Shown: positions 1 through 9,706 of the stretch, one piece after another | Position numbering within the stretch: position 1 is the first letter of the stretch | How the letters are laid out: each line of letters opens with the position of its first letter | NCBI GenBank assembly: GCA_964573695.1 | Contig: CAZNKB010000004.1 | Location: forward strand, 14,214-78,213 | Source: an uncultured Gammaproteobacteria bacterium | Lineage (GTDB): Bacteria > Patescibacteriota > Microgenomatia > UBA10105 > UBA927 | Length of the DNA stretch: 64,000 nucleotides | Direction: 5' to 3' | Translations under genes and position numbers: made by a program | The notes under the pieces: generated by a model | Seen by the model: only the letters and a program-made list of their open reading frames with translations | What the model was told of the DNA's origin: nothing | The model's database searches: none

Positions 1-162
1 TTCCTCTTTTCCTCTGGTGACCAAAAAAAACTTGAGGCCGCCCGTGGCACGGTGACACAAGCCATAATTGGCATCGTCGTCATGTCCCTTGCATACCTTA
101 TTATCCTCACCATAGAGACGTTTACCGGTGTGAAAGTAACGGATTTTACGATCACCCAATAG
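1..162 (+). CDS. 3' fragment of a hydrophobic protein (...AIIGIVVMSLAYLIILTIETFTG..., stop TAG 160-162). It may be a VirB2/TrbC-like pilin C-terminus, given the neighbouring T4SS-like genes. It is truncated by the window edge.
   Basis: Frame-1 translation runs from base 1 to a stop at 160-162 and ends in a transmembrane-like helix. It lies directly upstream of a VirB6-like gene. Confidence 0.3.
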   Translation, partial: FLFSSGDQKKLEAARGTVTQAIIGIVVMSLAYLIILTIETFTGVKVTDFTITQ

Positions 163-198
163 ATTGACTTTAGTAATTTTTCTCCAGATAATGATTGT

Positions 199-1794
199 AT
201 GCGTCGGATAATTTTATCTATCATGTCATTCATCCTTATCGGGATGATGCTTTTAGTACTCCCTCCCCAAGCCCAGGCGCAAGCCGCTGATCCGACAACC
301 GGTGCCGAATGCGATGATGCCACCTGGTATCTCGACCTAAACTGTGTCGTCGCGGGACTTATGAAGGCCTCCGAAGGGGCGCTCAACAAGCAGGCGGGCG
401 ACGTCGGCACTGCCACCATGAGCCAAGGGCAGCTTATTATCGGATTTCGCGGACTGTGCGACGCAGCTAACCCGGATTGCCCGATCGGATTAAGTTATCA
501 AAAAAGCGCGATGGCAGGGCTTGCCAAAAGCACGCTCGCGATGTATCAACATCCGCCTGCCCGAAGTAGCGAGTATATCGCGGACGTAGGACGCACGCTC
601 GGATTTATGCCCAAAAAAGTAGAGGCGCAGGGTATCGGGTTTTCCGGACTTCAAAGCATGCTCCCCTTATGGAAGGTCTTCCGCAATATCGCTTACGCGT
701 TACTTGCCGTTATTATCATCGTTGTCGGATTTATGGTGATGTTTCGGAAAAAAATCGACCCGAAAACTGTCGTTACCGTCCAAAATGCCATACCACGAAT
801 CGTTATCGCGTTGGGGCTCGTCACCTTTTCCTACGCGATCGTGGGAGCCATGATCGACCTTATGTATTTGGCTATCGTGTTATCCGCTTCGGCAGTCGAT
901 AGCGCTTCGGGCGGTAATTTAGGAAAACTATTAAGCCTTGCGACCACGCTTAATCTGGACATACTGCCCCCGAGTTTTACGGCTCCTACGACTTCAGCCC
1001 CGGTAGAAAACGCGACAAAACTTCTCCTAAATGGTGGTGTCAGCGGACTCCTTCGATTTTTCTTTGCAAGCGGCTTTCAGGCATACGACGATATCGGAAC
1101 CATGATTACTCAAAACGACCCGCTAAATATCGCCGCCTGGACCGTCGTTCCCGGAGTAATCGGTTATATGTTCGGACTAAGAGGCGCGCTATTGGGTCTT
1201 ACCACAGGACCGGTACTACTCGCCATTATATTTTTGATCATATTACTCTTTGGTGTGATCCGGCTTATTTTCATGCTACTGGACGCCTATATCAATATCA
1301 TCATTTCGCTGCTCACCGCCCCGTTCCAGCTGATGATGGAAGCAATTCCTGGAACCAATGCATTTAGCTCGTGGTTTAGGAATTTATTATCAAAAATTCT
1401 TGTATTTCCGATTACCGTACTCCTGCTGTTAGTCACGGCGGTACTCACCTCCCAGGACGTTTCAATGAGCATATGGGCTCCCCCGCTACTCTCCACGGGC
1501 GAGGGGACATATGGTATGGCTGGGCTCATCGGGCTCGGCATGCTTATGGTTATCCCAACGATTGTCCAAGGATTACAAAAAGGTCTTAAGGCAGAGCCCC
1601 TTGTCCCCGGAGGGGTTGGTCCTATCGTTGGGCCGCTGGGATCCGGTGTAGGTACGCTATTTAACCTTGGATACCAAGCGAGCTTTATAGCAAGCGCTTT
1701 CCGACACAAACCGGAAGCAAGATCCTCTATGCAGATTGCCCGCGAAGGAGCCGAAAAAGGATTAGGGTCAATTACCGGCGGCGGCGGTCACTAA
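199..1794 (+). CDS. Polytopic membrane protein with an N-terminal signal peptide and at least six transmembrane helices. VirB6/TrbL-like type IV secretion channel component (inference).
   Basis: 531 aa. The signal peptide MRRIILSIMSFILIGMMLLVLPPQAQA is followed by many long hydrophobic segments and a Gly-rich C-terminus. The gene sits beside VirB4- and VirD4-like ATPases. Confidence 0.45.
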   Translation: MRRIILSIMSFILIGMMLLVLPPQAQAQAADPTTGAECDDATWYLDLNCVVAGLMKASEGALNKQAGDVGTATMSQGQLIIGFRGLCDAANPDCPIGLSYQKSAMAGLAKSTLAMYQHPPARSSEYIADVGRTLGFMPKKVEAQGIGFSGLQSMLPLWKVFRNIAYALLAVIIIVVGFMVMFRKKIDPKTVVTVQNAIPRIVIALGLVTFSYAIVGAMIDLMYLAIVLSASAVDSASGGNLGKLLSLATTLNLDILPPSFTAPTTSAPVENATKLLLNGGVSGLLRFFFASGFQAYDDIGTMITQNDPLNIAAWTVVPGVIGYMFGLRGALLGLTTGPVLLAIIFLIILLFGVIRLIFMLLDAYINIIISLLTAPFQLMMEAIPGTNAFSSWFRNLLSKILVFPITVLLLLVTAVLTSQDVSMSIWAPPLLSTGEGTYGMAGLIGLGMLMVIPTIVQGLQKGLKAEPLVPGGVGPIVGPLGSGVGTLFNLGYQASFIASAFRHKPEARSSMQIAREGAEKGLGSITGGGGH

Positions 1795-1813
1795 TATTTT
1801 CTTCTTCTCGCTA

Positions 1814-4800
1814 TCAGTGGTGACTTCCCCCGCTTTCCTGTTCTTTGGTAGATTTTTCTATCGCTATGGCTAGCGTTGCTGCCAGCACAACCCACCAATA
1901 TTTCCGATATAACGCGGTCAACCGATACGGCAAGCCGGTCTTAAACTCTCGCCGCAGGTCCAGAATATATTCGGGATGGTTAATAAACAATCCCATGTCT
2001 TGAGCTGACACCAAAATCTCTTCCATTTTCGCTTCATCCCATGCGTTTGCGTGCGCACCGGTATAGCGTGAGGAATAAGATATCGCCTCCCCCACAGAAT
2101 GCGGCCAATGACTAATTTTTTCTTTTACCAGTTCTTTCCAACGGTCTTTTCCAAACACGAGCTGAAGAATTTTATTGTCCTTAAGCGGGCGCAGATCCAC
2201 CTCTGCCAAATACATCAGTCCGCGGGTCAATCCGGGAACCCAGCCAACTGTTTTTAGGCTTCTGTGTCTGTTCATTTCAAAAAAGACGCGCATCATTTCT
2301 TTTACCGTGTTTTCTGCGGCGTCAGGACCGGAATAATCAACGATCGCGGTTCTCACTTCCATCATTTTCTGAAGAGATTTGGTGTAATCATTGGGAGACA
2401 AAACCATCTCGTTATTTGAGAAAAACTCCAACATACCATTTCTCGCGTTCATTTGTGCTCCCACATCCCGGATTCTTCTGTGCATGGCGACGGTTCCCAG
2501 CTGATAAAAATTCGATTCTTTCCAATCAAAATCTGTCATGCTCATGGTAAGGGGTAATTTAAGCGCTGCGATAGCGTCCATTTTATTGTGAAATGTCCCC
2601 CCCGACGCTTCAACCGTACGCCCGCGGTAAATCTCAGCCTGCATATCGACAAGCACCTGTCGAAGATTTTCGCTCCGCGTTGGATCAAGCTTCAATATGT
2701 TTAAATACGGCACGACCAGGGCATCAAAATCCTTCTTTTCTGCCAAATCCACCCGGGCGAACTGCCAGTCTTTTTCGTGAGCCATTTTAAGCTCGGCAAG
2801 CGAGAGAGCTTCTTTAAATTTCTTCCATTCTTCATGAGTAACCTTGTTCTTCGTTAAGATTCGCTCTGTATCTTCTTCGAGTAATTCCAAAAACTTCGAG
2901 GGATTTCGTCGAAGCATGCGGTCCAATATCGGCTTGCGCTCTGCGGCGTTACCTGCGGTGAGCAATTGAATAGAAAGCGCCTGATTATCCAGTAATGCAG
3001 CGTTTTCCGGCAACTTTTTCATGCTCAAGAGCTTGCCCCGAAGTTCATCTGCTACTCCCTTTTCAAGTCTCCACGCGGTGCCGTCATAAAACCCTCCGCT
3101 TGCCATAAATCCTGGCCCCAAAAGTTCACTAAAGGATATTCCTGTCGCGTCTTCCGCAAATTCCCAGGCTTCCATGGAGGCCTGACGTTCTTTATCATGC
3201 TCATGGTGTTTCGCCTCGCGCCATTCCTTAGACTTGGTAATCTTAAACTTCTCACCCAGTTTCTCAACGGCTCCGCCGATTTTTTTGAACCACCCGGGCT
3301 CCTTCGGATTAATACCCTTGGTGTTTAGCAAATTTTTGCGGAATATACTCCGCGCGGTAATACCCATGTCACCACCGATATTAAATCTGCTCGCGAACGT
3401 TTCCGGATTAAATATGCGTTGGATATCTTCAAACGCAGGAGCTCTCATCACGTGCTTACCAGAAGCCGTACCGTACTCCACGGCTGGTGGAATCGACATC
3501 ATGGCTCCTATCATCGCCATGCGACCCGACCCGATCATGGCAGTCCGAGAGGCCCACAACGCCATACGCACTTCGTATTCGGCAGGTTTGTAATTAGGAT
3601 CTTCAGGATGCTGCGCCTGAAGATATTCAACGAGACGCTTACGGACCTCGATATCGACCGGCGAAAGTCCGCGCGTCTCTAACAGCTCCTGTGTAAAATT
3701 TTCGTTAAGCATTTCTTCCCGATGAGAATAGATCTGGTACAATCTGTCGACTTCTGCTAGCTGCTCGTTTTCCTTTTCTGTCAGCGCCGTTCCCTGGCTC
3801 TTTTTCTTGAGCAATTCCTCGCGATTATTCTTAAGCTTGGAAAGCGTGATGTGCAGCTCGGTATAACTTTGAACGTCGTCGTCCCACAACATGACACCTT
3901 CTGCTGCCAAATCATTCTGTTGCTGTATTTCGTGCATCAGGCGCTGATCTTCTATGGAAAGCGGGCTTTGGGTCTTGCCCTTTGCGGGATCAAATCCTTC
4001 TTGGCGCTGCTTCGCCCTGAGTTCTTTTAAGACATCTTCCCTCTTCATGTGCTTGCCGTTCCAGGAAATTTCTTCCTGCATGTACTTTATGGCTTCGCCG
4101 TATTTTGCGCGCTTGGTGGCCATAAGTTCAAATAACACATGTTCATAAAGACTGTATGCTTCGTTCGAATGATCGAAGTTCTTATAAAGGTGGTCCAAAT
4201 CAGCGCCCTGGAGGAGGCTCATAGCCTTGAGCCTATCCTTCACGTCTCCCGGGTTATACATAAGTCCTTTGACCGCATACTCATATTGTCCGCGGCTATC
4301 CCAATGTTTTTGGTACAGCTGAACCGCTAAGTGATACTCCCCGCCATATTTCCACACGAGATAATCCTTAAACTCCTGAAAGCGCTGATCCTGGGTAAGC
4401 GTCGGTCGAGTCTCTTCGCGTCCCATGGAATATATCTGGTCAATAAAGTCAAAATACCACCGCGCCTCCCCTTCGTCTCCTTGAATAAGCATCTCGACGT
4501 CAGCAGGAGGGATGTAACGGAAATCTGGAAAAACCTCGTCCGGCTTGTGAAGATCCGGGTTGGGAGCGTTCTGCATAATTTCTCCCCACGTTACGACCCT
4601 GCCTCCGCGGAGCTTCTCTTGGTGTTTTTGCATCCGCAAGTCAGTAAACCGCTCAAAATATCGCACGCGCTCTACGGCCTTTTGAACTAATTTTTCGTCG
4701 ACGCCCTCCCTACGGCCTTTTTCTACCATGCGCCGAACGGCGTCGTCGGTGAGTCGGTTGTCATATGCCGCTCCGGGATCTACCCGGAAGCGGTACTGAA

Positions 4801-5449
4801 GCTCCTGCAAATCAAAACCAAGCGGCGTGTCCTTTAAATCGGCGTCGACGGACTCATCGAAAAGTTTTTTGACTTCCTGAGACAACTCAGGATCCCTATC
4901 TGCATTCTCTTCACTTTCTCCTTGAGACGAGCCGTCTTCTACTCCTGATCCTCCGGCAATCACCGGCACCGCTTCAATCTGTAAGTCGGCAAGGCTGGGA
5001 TTTTCAGCGATAATTTTACGCAAATATTTCCTCGCTTCTACTGCTGTCGGACTGGTAAGCCCCGATTCCTTTGCCACCGCTACAAGCTGAAGGCCGATTC
5101 CGCGCATATACTCAGGATCTGCTAGCTGCGCTTCATCGGCGGTAAGAAGCGATTCGACGATGCTAAACACCCGCTCGTCTTTAGGAAATTCTCCGTCTCC
5201 CCCCAACATCCTTCGTTTAGCTGTTTCCGAGGCAACCTCGGCGCGTTTGGCAGCAAATGCCGTCAGGCGCTCCTTGCTTACTTCTTTTACGTCCTTCTTC
5301 ACTTCTTGCTCGAGCTTCACTTCCGGAGTTTCTGGAGAATAGGGGGGCTCTGGAGAAATCGGTGTTTCGGGTGACAAAGGTTGTCCCCCGCTTTGAGCGG
5401 CTTTTTTTGCCGCTTCGTTGAGCCTTTTAAATAACTCCTCATTTGCCAT
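1814..5449 (-). CDS. Large (1211 aa) cytoplasmic protein of unknown function, with a Pro/Glu-rich N-terminus and no signal peptide.
   Basis: Long uninterrupted ORF with no transmembrane segment and no recognisable catalytic motif. No relaxase 3-His motif was seen. It is embedded in the T4SS-like cluster. Confidence 0.6.
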   Translation of the reverse strand: MANEELFKRLNEAAKKAAQSGGQPLSPETPISPEPPYSPETPEVKLEQEVKKDVKEVSKERLTAFAAKRAEVASETAKRRMLGGDGEFPKDERVFSIVESLLTADEAQLADPEYMRGIGLQLVAVAKESGLTSPTAVEARKYLRKIIAENPSLADLQIEAVPVIAGGSGVEDGSSQGESEENADRDPELSQEVKKLFDESVDADLKDTPLGFDLQELQYRFRVDPGAAYDNRLTDDAVRRMVEKGRREGVDEKLVQKAVERVRYFERFTDLRMQKHQEKLRGGRVVTWGEIMQNAPNPDLHKPDEVFPDFRYIPPADVEMLIQGDEGEARWYFDFIDQIYSMGREETRPTLTQDQRFQEFKDYLVWKYGGEYHLAVQLYQKHWDSRGQYEYAVKGLMYNPGDVKDRLKAMSLLQGADLDHLYKNFDHSNEAYSLYEHVLFELMATKRAKYGEAIKYMQEEISWNGKHMKREDVLKELRAKQRQEGFDPAKGKTQSPLSIEDQRLMHEIQQQNDLAAEGVMLWDDDVQSYTELHITLSKLKNNREELLKKKSQGTALTEKENEQLAEVDRLYQIYSHREEMLNENFTQELLETRGLSPVDIEVRKRLVEYLQAQHPEDPNYKPAEYEVRMALWASRTAMIGSGRMAMIGAMMSIPPAVEYGTASGKHVMRAPAFEDIQRIFNPETFASRFNIGGDMGITARSIFRKNLLNTKGINPKEPGWFKKIGGAVEKLGEKFKITKSKEWREAKHHEHDKERQASMEAWEFAEDATGISFSELLGPGFMASGGFYDGTAWRLEKGVADELRGKLLSMKKLPENAALLDNQALSIQLLTAGNAAERKPILDRMLRRNPSKFLELLEEDTERILTKNKVTHEEWKKFKEALSLAELKMAHEKDWQFARVDLAEKKDFDALVVPYLNILKLDPTRSENLRQVLVDMQAEIYRGRTVEASGGTFHNKMDAIAALKLPLTMSMTDFDWKESNFYQLGTVAMHRRIRDVGAQMNARNGMLEFFSNNEMVLSPNDYTKSLQKMMEVRTAIVDYSGPDAAENTVKEMMRVFFEMNRHRSLKTVGWVPGLTRGLMYLAEVDLRPLKDNKILQLVFGKDRWKELVKEKISHWPHSVGEAISYSSRYTGAHANAWDEAKMEEILVSAQDMGLFINHPEYILDLRREFKTGLPYRLTALYRKYWWVVLAATLAIAIEKSTKEQESGGSHH

Positions 5450-5536
5450 ATAAAAAAATAAATAACGTGAAGCAACGCGCTATATTGACGCGCTTACTAT
5501 AATTCTAACGTGTCTCAACGAGAAGAACAAGGGAGC

Positions 5537-6091
5537 TTATCGATACAAATTGTTGATTTGTATATACGAGGCGACGGACGGCGGAACAAACTGATCAATG
5601 GGGAGGCCCTTACTCGCGCGTTGACGTATCTTTGTCGAAGATATATTTGTTCCGACCAGCAACTCGTGAGAGACTACCGTCATATTCGGGTGCAATGGCT
5701 CATTGGGGTACCCGTATCTGGGGAATACAACAAAAGGAATTTGCCGAATAAGTGTTTCCCACTCTCCCCACAGGTGAAGCGTCGGAAGCTGATCAGAGCC
5801 GATAATAAACCGGAACTCGTGTTCTCGCGGTAAATATGGCAGCAGATGTATGGTATCTCCGTCAAGCGCATGATCAATCTCAATAGACGAAACCTTTGTA
5901 TGGGCAAGGGTCAGCAGCTTTGTCATTGCCAGACGGTGCGTGACCTGAGCTACCGGCTTAGGAGGAATTTGACCATAATTTGGCAAAAACCACACCTCAT
6001 CGATGTCTGTAAAGTCTAAAATCTGCTGGGCGATCATGAGATGCCCGATATGAGGCGGGTTAAATGCGCCGCCCAATAACCCAATATTCAT
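5537..6091 (-). CDS. nadD: Nicotinate-nucleotide adenylyltransferase (NaMN adenylyltransferase)
   Basis: GGAFNPPHIGH (the HxGH nucleotidyltransferase motif) and a C-terminal ISSTKIR motif. 184 aa. Confidence 0.85.
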   Translation of the reverse strand: MNIGLLGGAFNPPHIGHLMIAQQILDFTDIDEVWFLPNYGQIPPKPVAQVTHRLAMTKLLTLAHTKVSSIEIDHALDGDTIHLLPYLPREHEFRFIIGSDQLPTLHLWGEWETLIRQIPFVVFPRYGYPNEPLHPNMTVVSHELLVGTNISSTKIRQRASKGLPIDQFVPPSVASYIQINNLYR

Positions 6092-6098
6092 GTCAGCG

Positions 6099-8282
6099 TT
6101 ATTGTACCTTTTTTGTATATCGCTCGCGAGAAACTCGTATAACCGTCTCTCGATGCTCGTTTTTGCTACGTGGAAGCGGCAACGTCATAGCAGAAAATGG
6201 AGTCGACGTTTGATTATCTATGGAAAGCTTCAGCACCACCTGGAAGTTCCCGAGCGCGACGAGTTCGGATTCTTCATATTTCTCGCCGAATTCACGGGTC
6301 AGCAACCTGGCGTCCGCCGCCCCGACCGCAAAGGAGATAATTGACCCTGCATTTCCAAAAATCGCCTTTTGCACATCTTCGTCGATTTGTCCTATATATT
6401 GATTCGCAAGCGTCAGGTTGAGCCTATATTTACGGGCCTCTGATAGAATCTTGATAAACGACTGAGTCGCAAAATTTTGGAACTCGTCGACATAGAGATA
6501 AAAATCGCGCCTGTTTTCTTCTGCTTTATATACCCTGTTCATGGCGGCAAGCTGCATTTTTGTGATAATCATCGCCCCAAGCAAAGCACTGCTATCCTCT
6601 CCTAATTTTCCTTGAGACAAGTTAACAATCACTATTTTCCCTTCGTTCATCATGTGCTCCAAATCCACCGTTGAGACAGGATGACCTACGATGTTGCGGA
6701 TCGTGCGTGACGAAAGAAACTGCCCGACTTTATTGAGGATCGGTGATATGGACTCGCTCCGCATCTGTGGGCTTAGCCGATTAAATTCGTTGAGCCAAAA
6801 ATTTTTGAGCACGCGGTCGTCAAGTTTTTCAACCACCTTCTCTCTATATTTATCATTGGTCAATAATTCCGGGATATCCAAAAAAGTTGATTGTGGTACG
6901 TGTGTGAGCGTGAGAATCGTATTTCTGAGGATATATTCCAATCTCGGCCCCCAACTCATGTGATACAGCTTATAAAAAATAGACACGATGCCCGAAGCCA
7001 CAAGCTCCCGGTATGCAGGATTTTTTACTTCCAGGGGGTTTAAATGAAACGGATGATCCATGTCGGCCGGATCCAAATACGCAACGTCGTTTGTTCTATG
7101 AGAAGGAACGTAATCAAGAAGGATGTCGCTTAGATCTCCGTGGGGGTCTATAACCGCCATACCTTCCCCATTTTTCATGTCGTTTATCGCCATGTTGGCG
7201 ATGAGCGTTGATTTTCCCGTTCCGGTTTTTCCGATAATATAGACGTGTTTCCGTCGGTCTTCCTTTTTCACTCCGAACGTGGTTTGTGTATTTTTGTATT
7301 CTGTTTTTGCAAAAAAGTTTATACGGCGCTTCTCCTCCTGATCCTCCGTCACTATGGGCAGGTTTGCCGGCGCCTCGCCCAAAAGATGCGCCCCCCAATG
7401 GATATTTTTTATCATGGAGAGCCCGATCCCAGGCGGATGCCACAACGATGCCAGCTCTGAGGCGCCCAACACTTGAAATCTCGGCCGTCCGTAATCTCCT
7501 CGGGAGACAAACGACTGTTCAAACTTTTTCTTCTGCCAAAACTGGGGAACTGATAGAGTCAAATTGTTTCCTTCTCCCAGCGTATACACCCCGAACGCTC
7601 CCCCTGTCGTTTGAAGGATGTGCTGAGCACGCTCGACACTCGGAGCAACAGCCAATAACCGAAGTGACGCAAAAAATCCAACCTGGTTCATCTTTGTCTC
7701 CATGATTCGTGCGTGCGGATGCGGCTTTGTCCGCCCGACAGTCGAGTTAGGATCAGGCACTCCGCGAGCGATAATAGACCCTATCGACTGCTGCCAGGAG
7801 CTTCCCGCAGGAGAAAGGCGTATTTGCAGAGCTATCGCTTCCTGAGGCGCAAGTTTAGCAAATTGTCCTGCTACCCCGGAAAGAATATCGAGATCTTTTA
7901 TGTCTTTGTATGTTTTTAGGGGTAAGTAAAAACTATTTCCATATACTAGTTGGCCAGAGGCATGAGGAAGCGAAAGAAAATGCTCGGCATAATCATCGGT
8001 TTTTGCAATTAAAACCCGCGGGTACTGCGCGGTCAACTGACTTTCCAAATACCCCCGAAGGGACTCGGTCGTTGCGACAAAAAAATGAATTCTGCTGTTT
8101 ACCGAAACCATCTCTAAACTGAAATACGGGGCCATATGTCCCGGGTGAAGCAGTCGGGAAATAATTCCCTGATGTCCTCCCCCGCTCCCTAACGCGGCAA
8201 AAACCTGCTCCATGGCAAGCGGTGTTTCTTCACTTTCCCTAGCGTTTTGAATTTCTAATACGGTAAGACCTGAACTGGTCAT
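6099..8282 (-). CDS. P-loop ATPase of the FtsK/HerA/VirD4 (TraG/TraD/TcpA-like) coupling-protein type. There is no N-terminal transmembrane anchor.
   Basis: Walker A motif IIGKTGTGKSTLIANM, followed by MAVIDPHGDLSDI (the DPHGD box typical of conjugative coupling ATPases and HerA) and a Walker B motif FYLYVDEFQNF. 727 aa. Confidence 0.55.
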   Translation of the reverse strand: MTSSGLTVLEIQNARESEETPLAMEQVFAALGSGGGHQGIISRLLHPGHMAPYFSLEMVSVNSRIHFFVATTESLRGYLESQLTAQYPRVLIAKTDDYAEHFLSLPHASGQLVYGNSFYLPLKTYKDIKDLDILSGVAGQFAKLAPQEAIALQIRLSPAGSSWQQSIGSIIARGVPDPNSTVGRTKPHPHARIMETKMNQVGFFASLRLLAVAPSVERAQHILQTTGGAFGVYTLGEGNNLTLSVPQFWQKKKFEQSFVSRGDYGRPRFQVLGASELASLWHPPGIGLSMIKNIHWGAHLLGEAPANLPIVTEDQEEKRRINFFAKTEYKNTQTTFGVKKEDRRKHVYIIGKTGTGKSTLIANMAINDMKNGEGMAVIDPHGDLSDILLDYVPSHRTNDVAYLDPADMDHPFHLNPLEVKNPAYRELVASGIVSIFYKLYHMSWGPRLEYILRNTILTLTHVPQSTFLDIPELLTNDKYREKVVEKLDDRVLKNFWLNEFNRLSPQMRSESISPILNKVGQFLSSRTIRNIVGHPVSTVDLEHMMNEGKIVIVNLSQGKLGEDSSALLGAMIITKMQLAAMNRVYKAEENRRDFYLYVDEFQNFATQSFIKILSEARKYRLNLTLANQYIGQIDEDVQKAIFGNAGSIISFAVGAADARLLTREFGEKYEESELVALGNFQVVLKLSIDNQTSTPFSAMTLPLPRSKNEHRETVIRVSRERYTKKVQ

Positions 8283-8404
8283 GAGGCTATCTTATCATAG
8301 ATATTTTTTTTCTTTCGTGAAAACTACAAAAGTGGAGTTTTCACGGTCCTGATGCGCTTTGTGCTATTGAACCCTATTATTTTTCCCTCTACAATGATTT
8401 ATGT

Positions 8405-9700
8405 ATGGAGCAACATCCGGTTCCTCAAAATGTCACCACGTTTCAGTTTCGGCTGATCGGTGACATGACAATTAAACAATTCGGATATTTATGCGCAGGG
8501 GCAATTTTGGCGTTTATCGCATACAAACTTCCCCTTCCTTTTATCATCACCTGGCCGCTTACCGGTGCTTTCGCGTTTTTGGGGGTCGGGTTTGCGTTTA
8601 TCCCAATAGAAGAGCGACCCATGGACGTGTGGGTGTTTTCTTTTTTTAAAAGCATCTATAGTCCGACACAATATATCTGGTCTCACGAAAGTACTACGCC
8701 AACTCCAAAAACACAGGCCGCCCCGAAAGCTGTACCAAGCCCGACAGTGGCTACCACCGCTGTGCCGGTTGCCACTCCAACACAACCGACCCCTCCCTCC
8801 GCCATACCGCCTCAAGCTCATCCACAAACGTCAAAAAGCGTTTTGTCGGGATTATTCCAAACCCCTACTCCAGCGACCCCACAACCCGCTCAACAGGACA
8901 GAGTGCGTGTTGCAAAACCGCATGTTTCTATTCTGGATGAAATCGCGCTATTTTTTCGCCCAAAACACACACCCTCCTCTGTTGCTGTCCAGTCCGATAC
9001 GCAACAGATTCCTCCCGTGACCGGAAAACACGCGGACATCGACCCAAAACCACAATCACCTCCCACATCAACGCTCGAAGCATCTCAGATGCAACAAAAA
9101 ATGAAACAACTGGAGGAAACCCTGGCGACGCTTGAAACCCGCCTGGCTACCAAATCCATGACCGAAGACCGCGTTCTGGAACTACAAAAACAACTCACCG
9201 ACGTCATGGTCGCAAAAAACAAAACTGAGGAAGAGCTTGTCACGCTTAAGCGAAAAATGACTCCGGACGCTCCTCCTGTCGCTTCACAAAACGCTCCGAC
9301 GCTCGGTCGCGGCACGGTCAACGTCATCACTACGCAGGAGGCGGCCGTAAAAGTTGGGCTTCCGAGATTAACCAATGTTCCCAACGTGATCACGGGGCTC
9401 GTGAAAGACGACGCCGGCAATCTCCTCCCCGGAATTCTCGTCACGGTAACAAATCATGAAGGTGTTCCTGTCCGCGCGCTAAAAACCAACAAGTTAGGAC
9501 AGTTTGCCGCGTCTACCCAACTTATGAGCGGCGTGTATTTTGTGGAAATCGAAGATCCAAGAGGAAGATTTTCGTTCACCAGAGTGCAAATCACCTTAAA
9601 CGGCTCTGTCGTGCCTGTGCTGGAGATTATCGCACGGAGCGAAAAAGCGTTGACTCGTGAAAAACTCGCACAGGAAATTTTCGGCAAAACATCAATATAA
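8405..9700 (+). CDS. Membrane protein with two N-terminal transmembrane helices (VirB3/PrgI-like?), a Pro/Thr/Ala-rich linker, a coiled-coil segment and a C-terminal prealbumin/CarboxypepD_reg-like beta domain.
   Basis: The N-terminal transmembrane hairpin is LCAGAILAFIAYKLPLPFIITWPLTGAFAFLGVGFAFIPI. The low-complexity PT-rich linker spans roughly residues 100-230. The coiled coil includes KMKQLEETLATLETRLATK. The C-terminus reads GLVKDDAGNLLPGILVTVTNHEGVPV...GVYFVEIEDPRGRF. Confidence 0.45.
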   Translation: MEQHPVPQNVTTFQFRLIGDMTIKQFGYLCAGAILAFIAYKLPLPFIITWPLTGAFAFLGVGFAFIPIEERPMDVWVFSFFKSIYSPTQYIWSHESTTPTPKTQAAPKAVPSPTVATTAVPVATPTQPTPPSAIPPQAHPQTSKSVLSGLFQTPTPATPQPAQQDRVRVAKPHVSILDEIALFFRPKHTPSSVAVQSDTQQIPPVTGKHADIDPKPQSPPTSTLEASQMQQKMKQLEETLATLETRLATKSMTEDRVLELQKQLTDVMVAKNKTEEELVTLKRKMTPDAPPVASQNAPTLGRGTVNVITTQEAAVKVGLPRLTNVPNVITGLVKDDAGNLLPGILVTVTNHEGVPVRALKTNKLGQFAASTQLMSGVYFVEIEDPRGRFSFTRVQITLNGSVVPVLEIIARSEKALTREKLAQEIFGKTSI

Positions 9701-9706
9701 CCATAT

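Noticed and set aside
669-902. Short ORFs embedded in or antisense to long genes (for example 669-902, 1287-1709, 2593-2790, 3234-3593, 7286-7705, 16810-17160, 17241-17687, 42203-42571, 54603-54886)
   Set aside because: Each lies entirely inside a much longer ORF with clear motif support on another frame or strand. Their translations are Arg/Ser/Pro-rich and look like alternate-frame artefacts.
1814-5449. Calling the 1211-aa protein a conjugative relaxase
   Set aside because: No HxDxxxHxH / 3-His motif or obvious catalytic Tyr context could be identified by eye, and no nic-site-like inverted repeat was found nearby. It is kept as hypothetical.
6099-8282. Calling 6099-8282 a canonical VirD4
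   Set aside because: The N-terminus lacks the two transmembrane helices typical of VirD4/TraG. The call is kept broad (FtsK/HerA/VirD4-like coupling ATPase).
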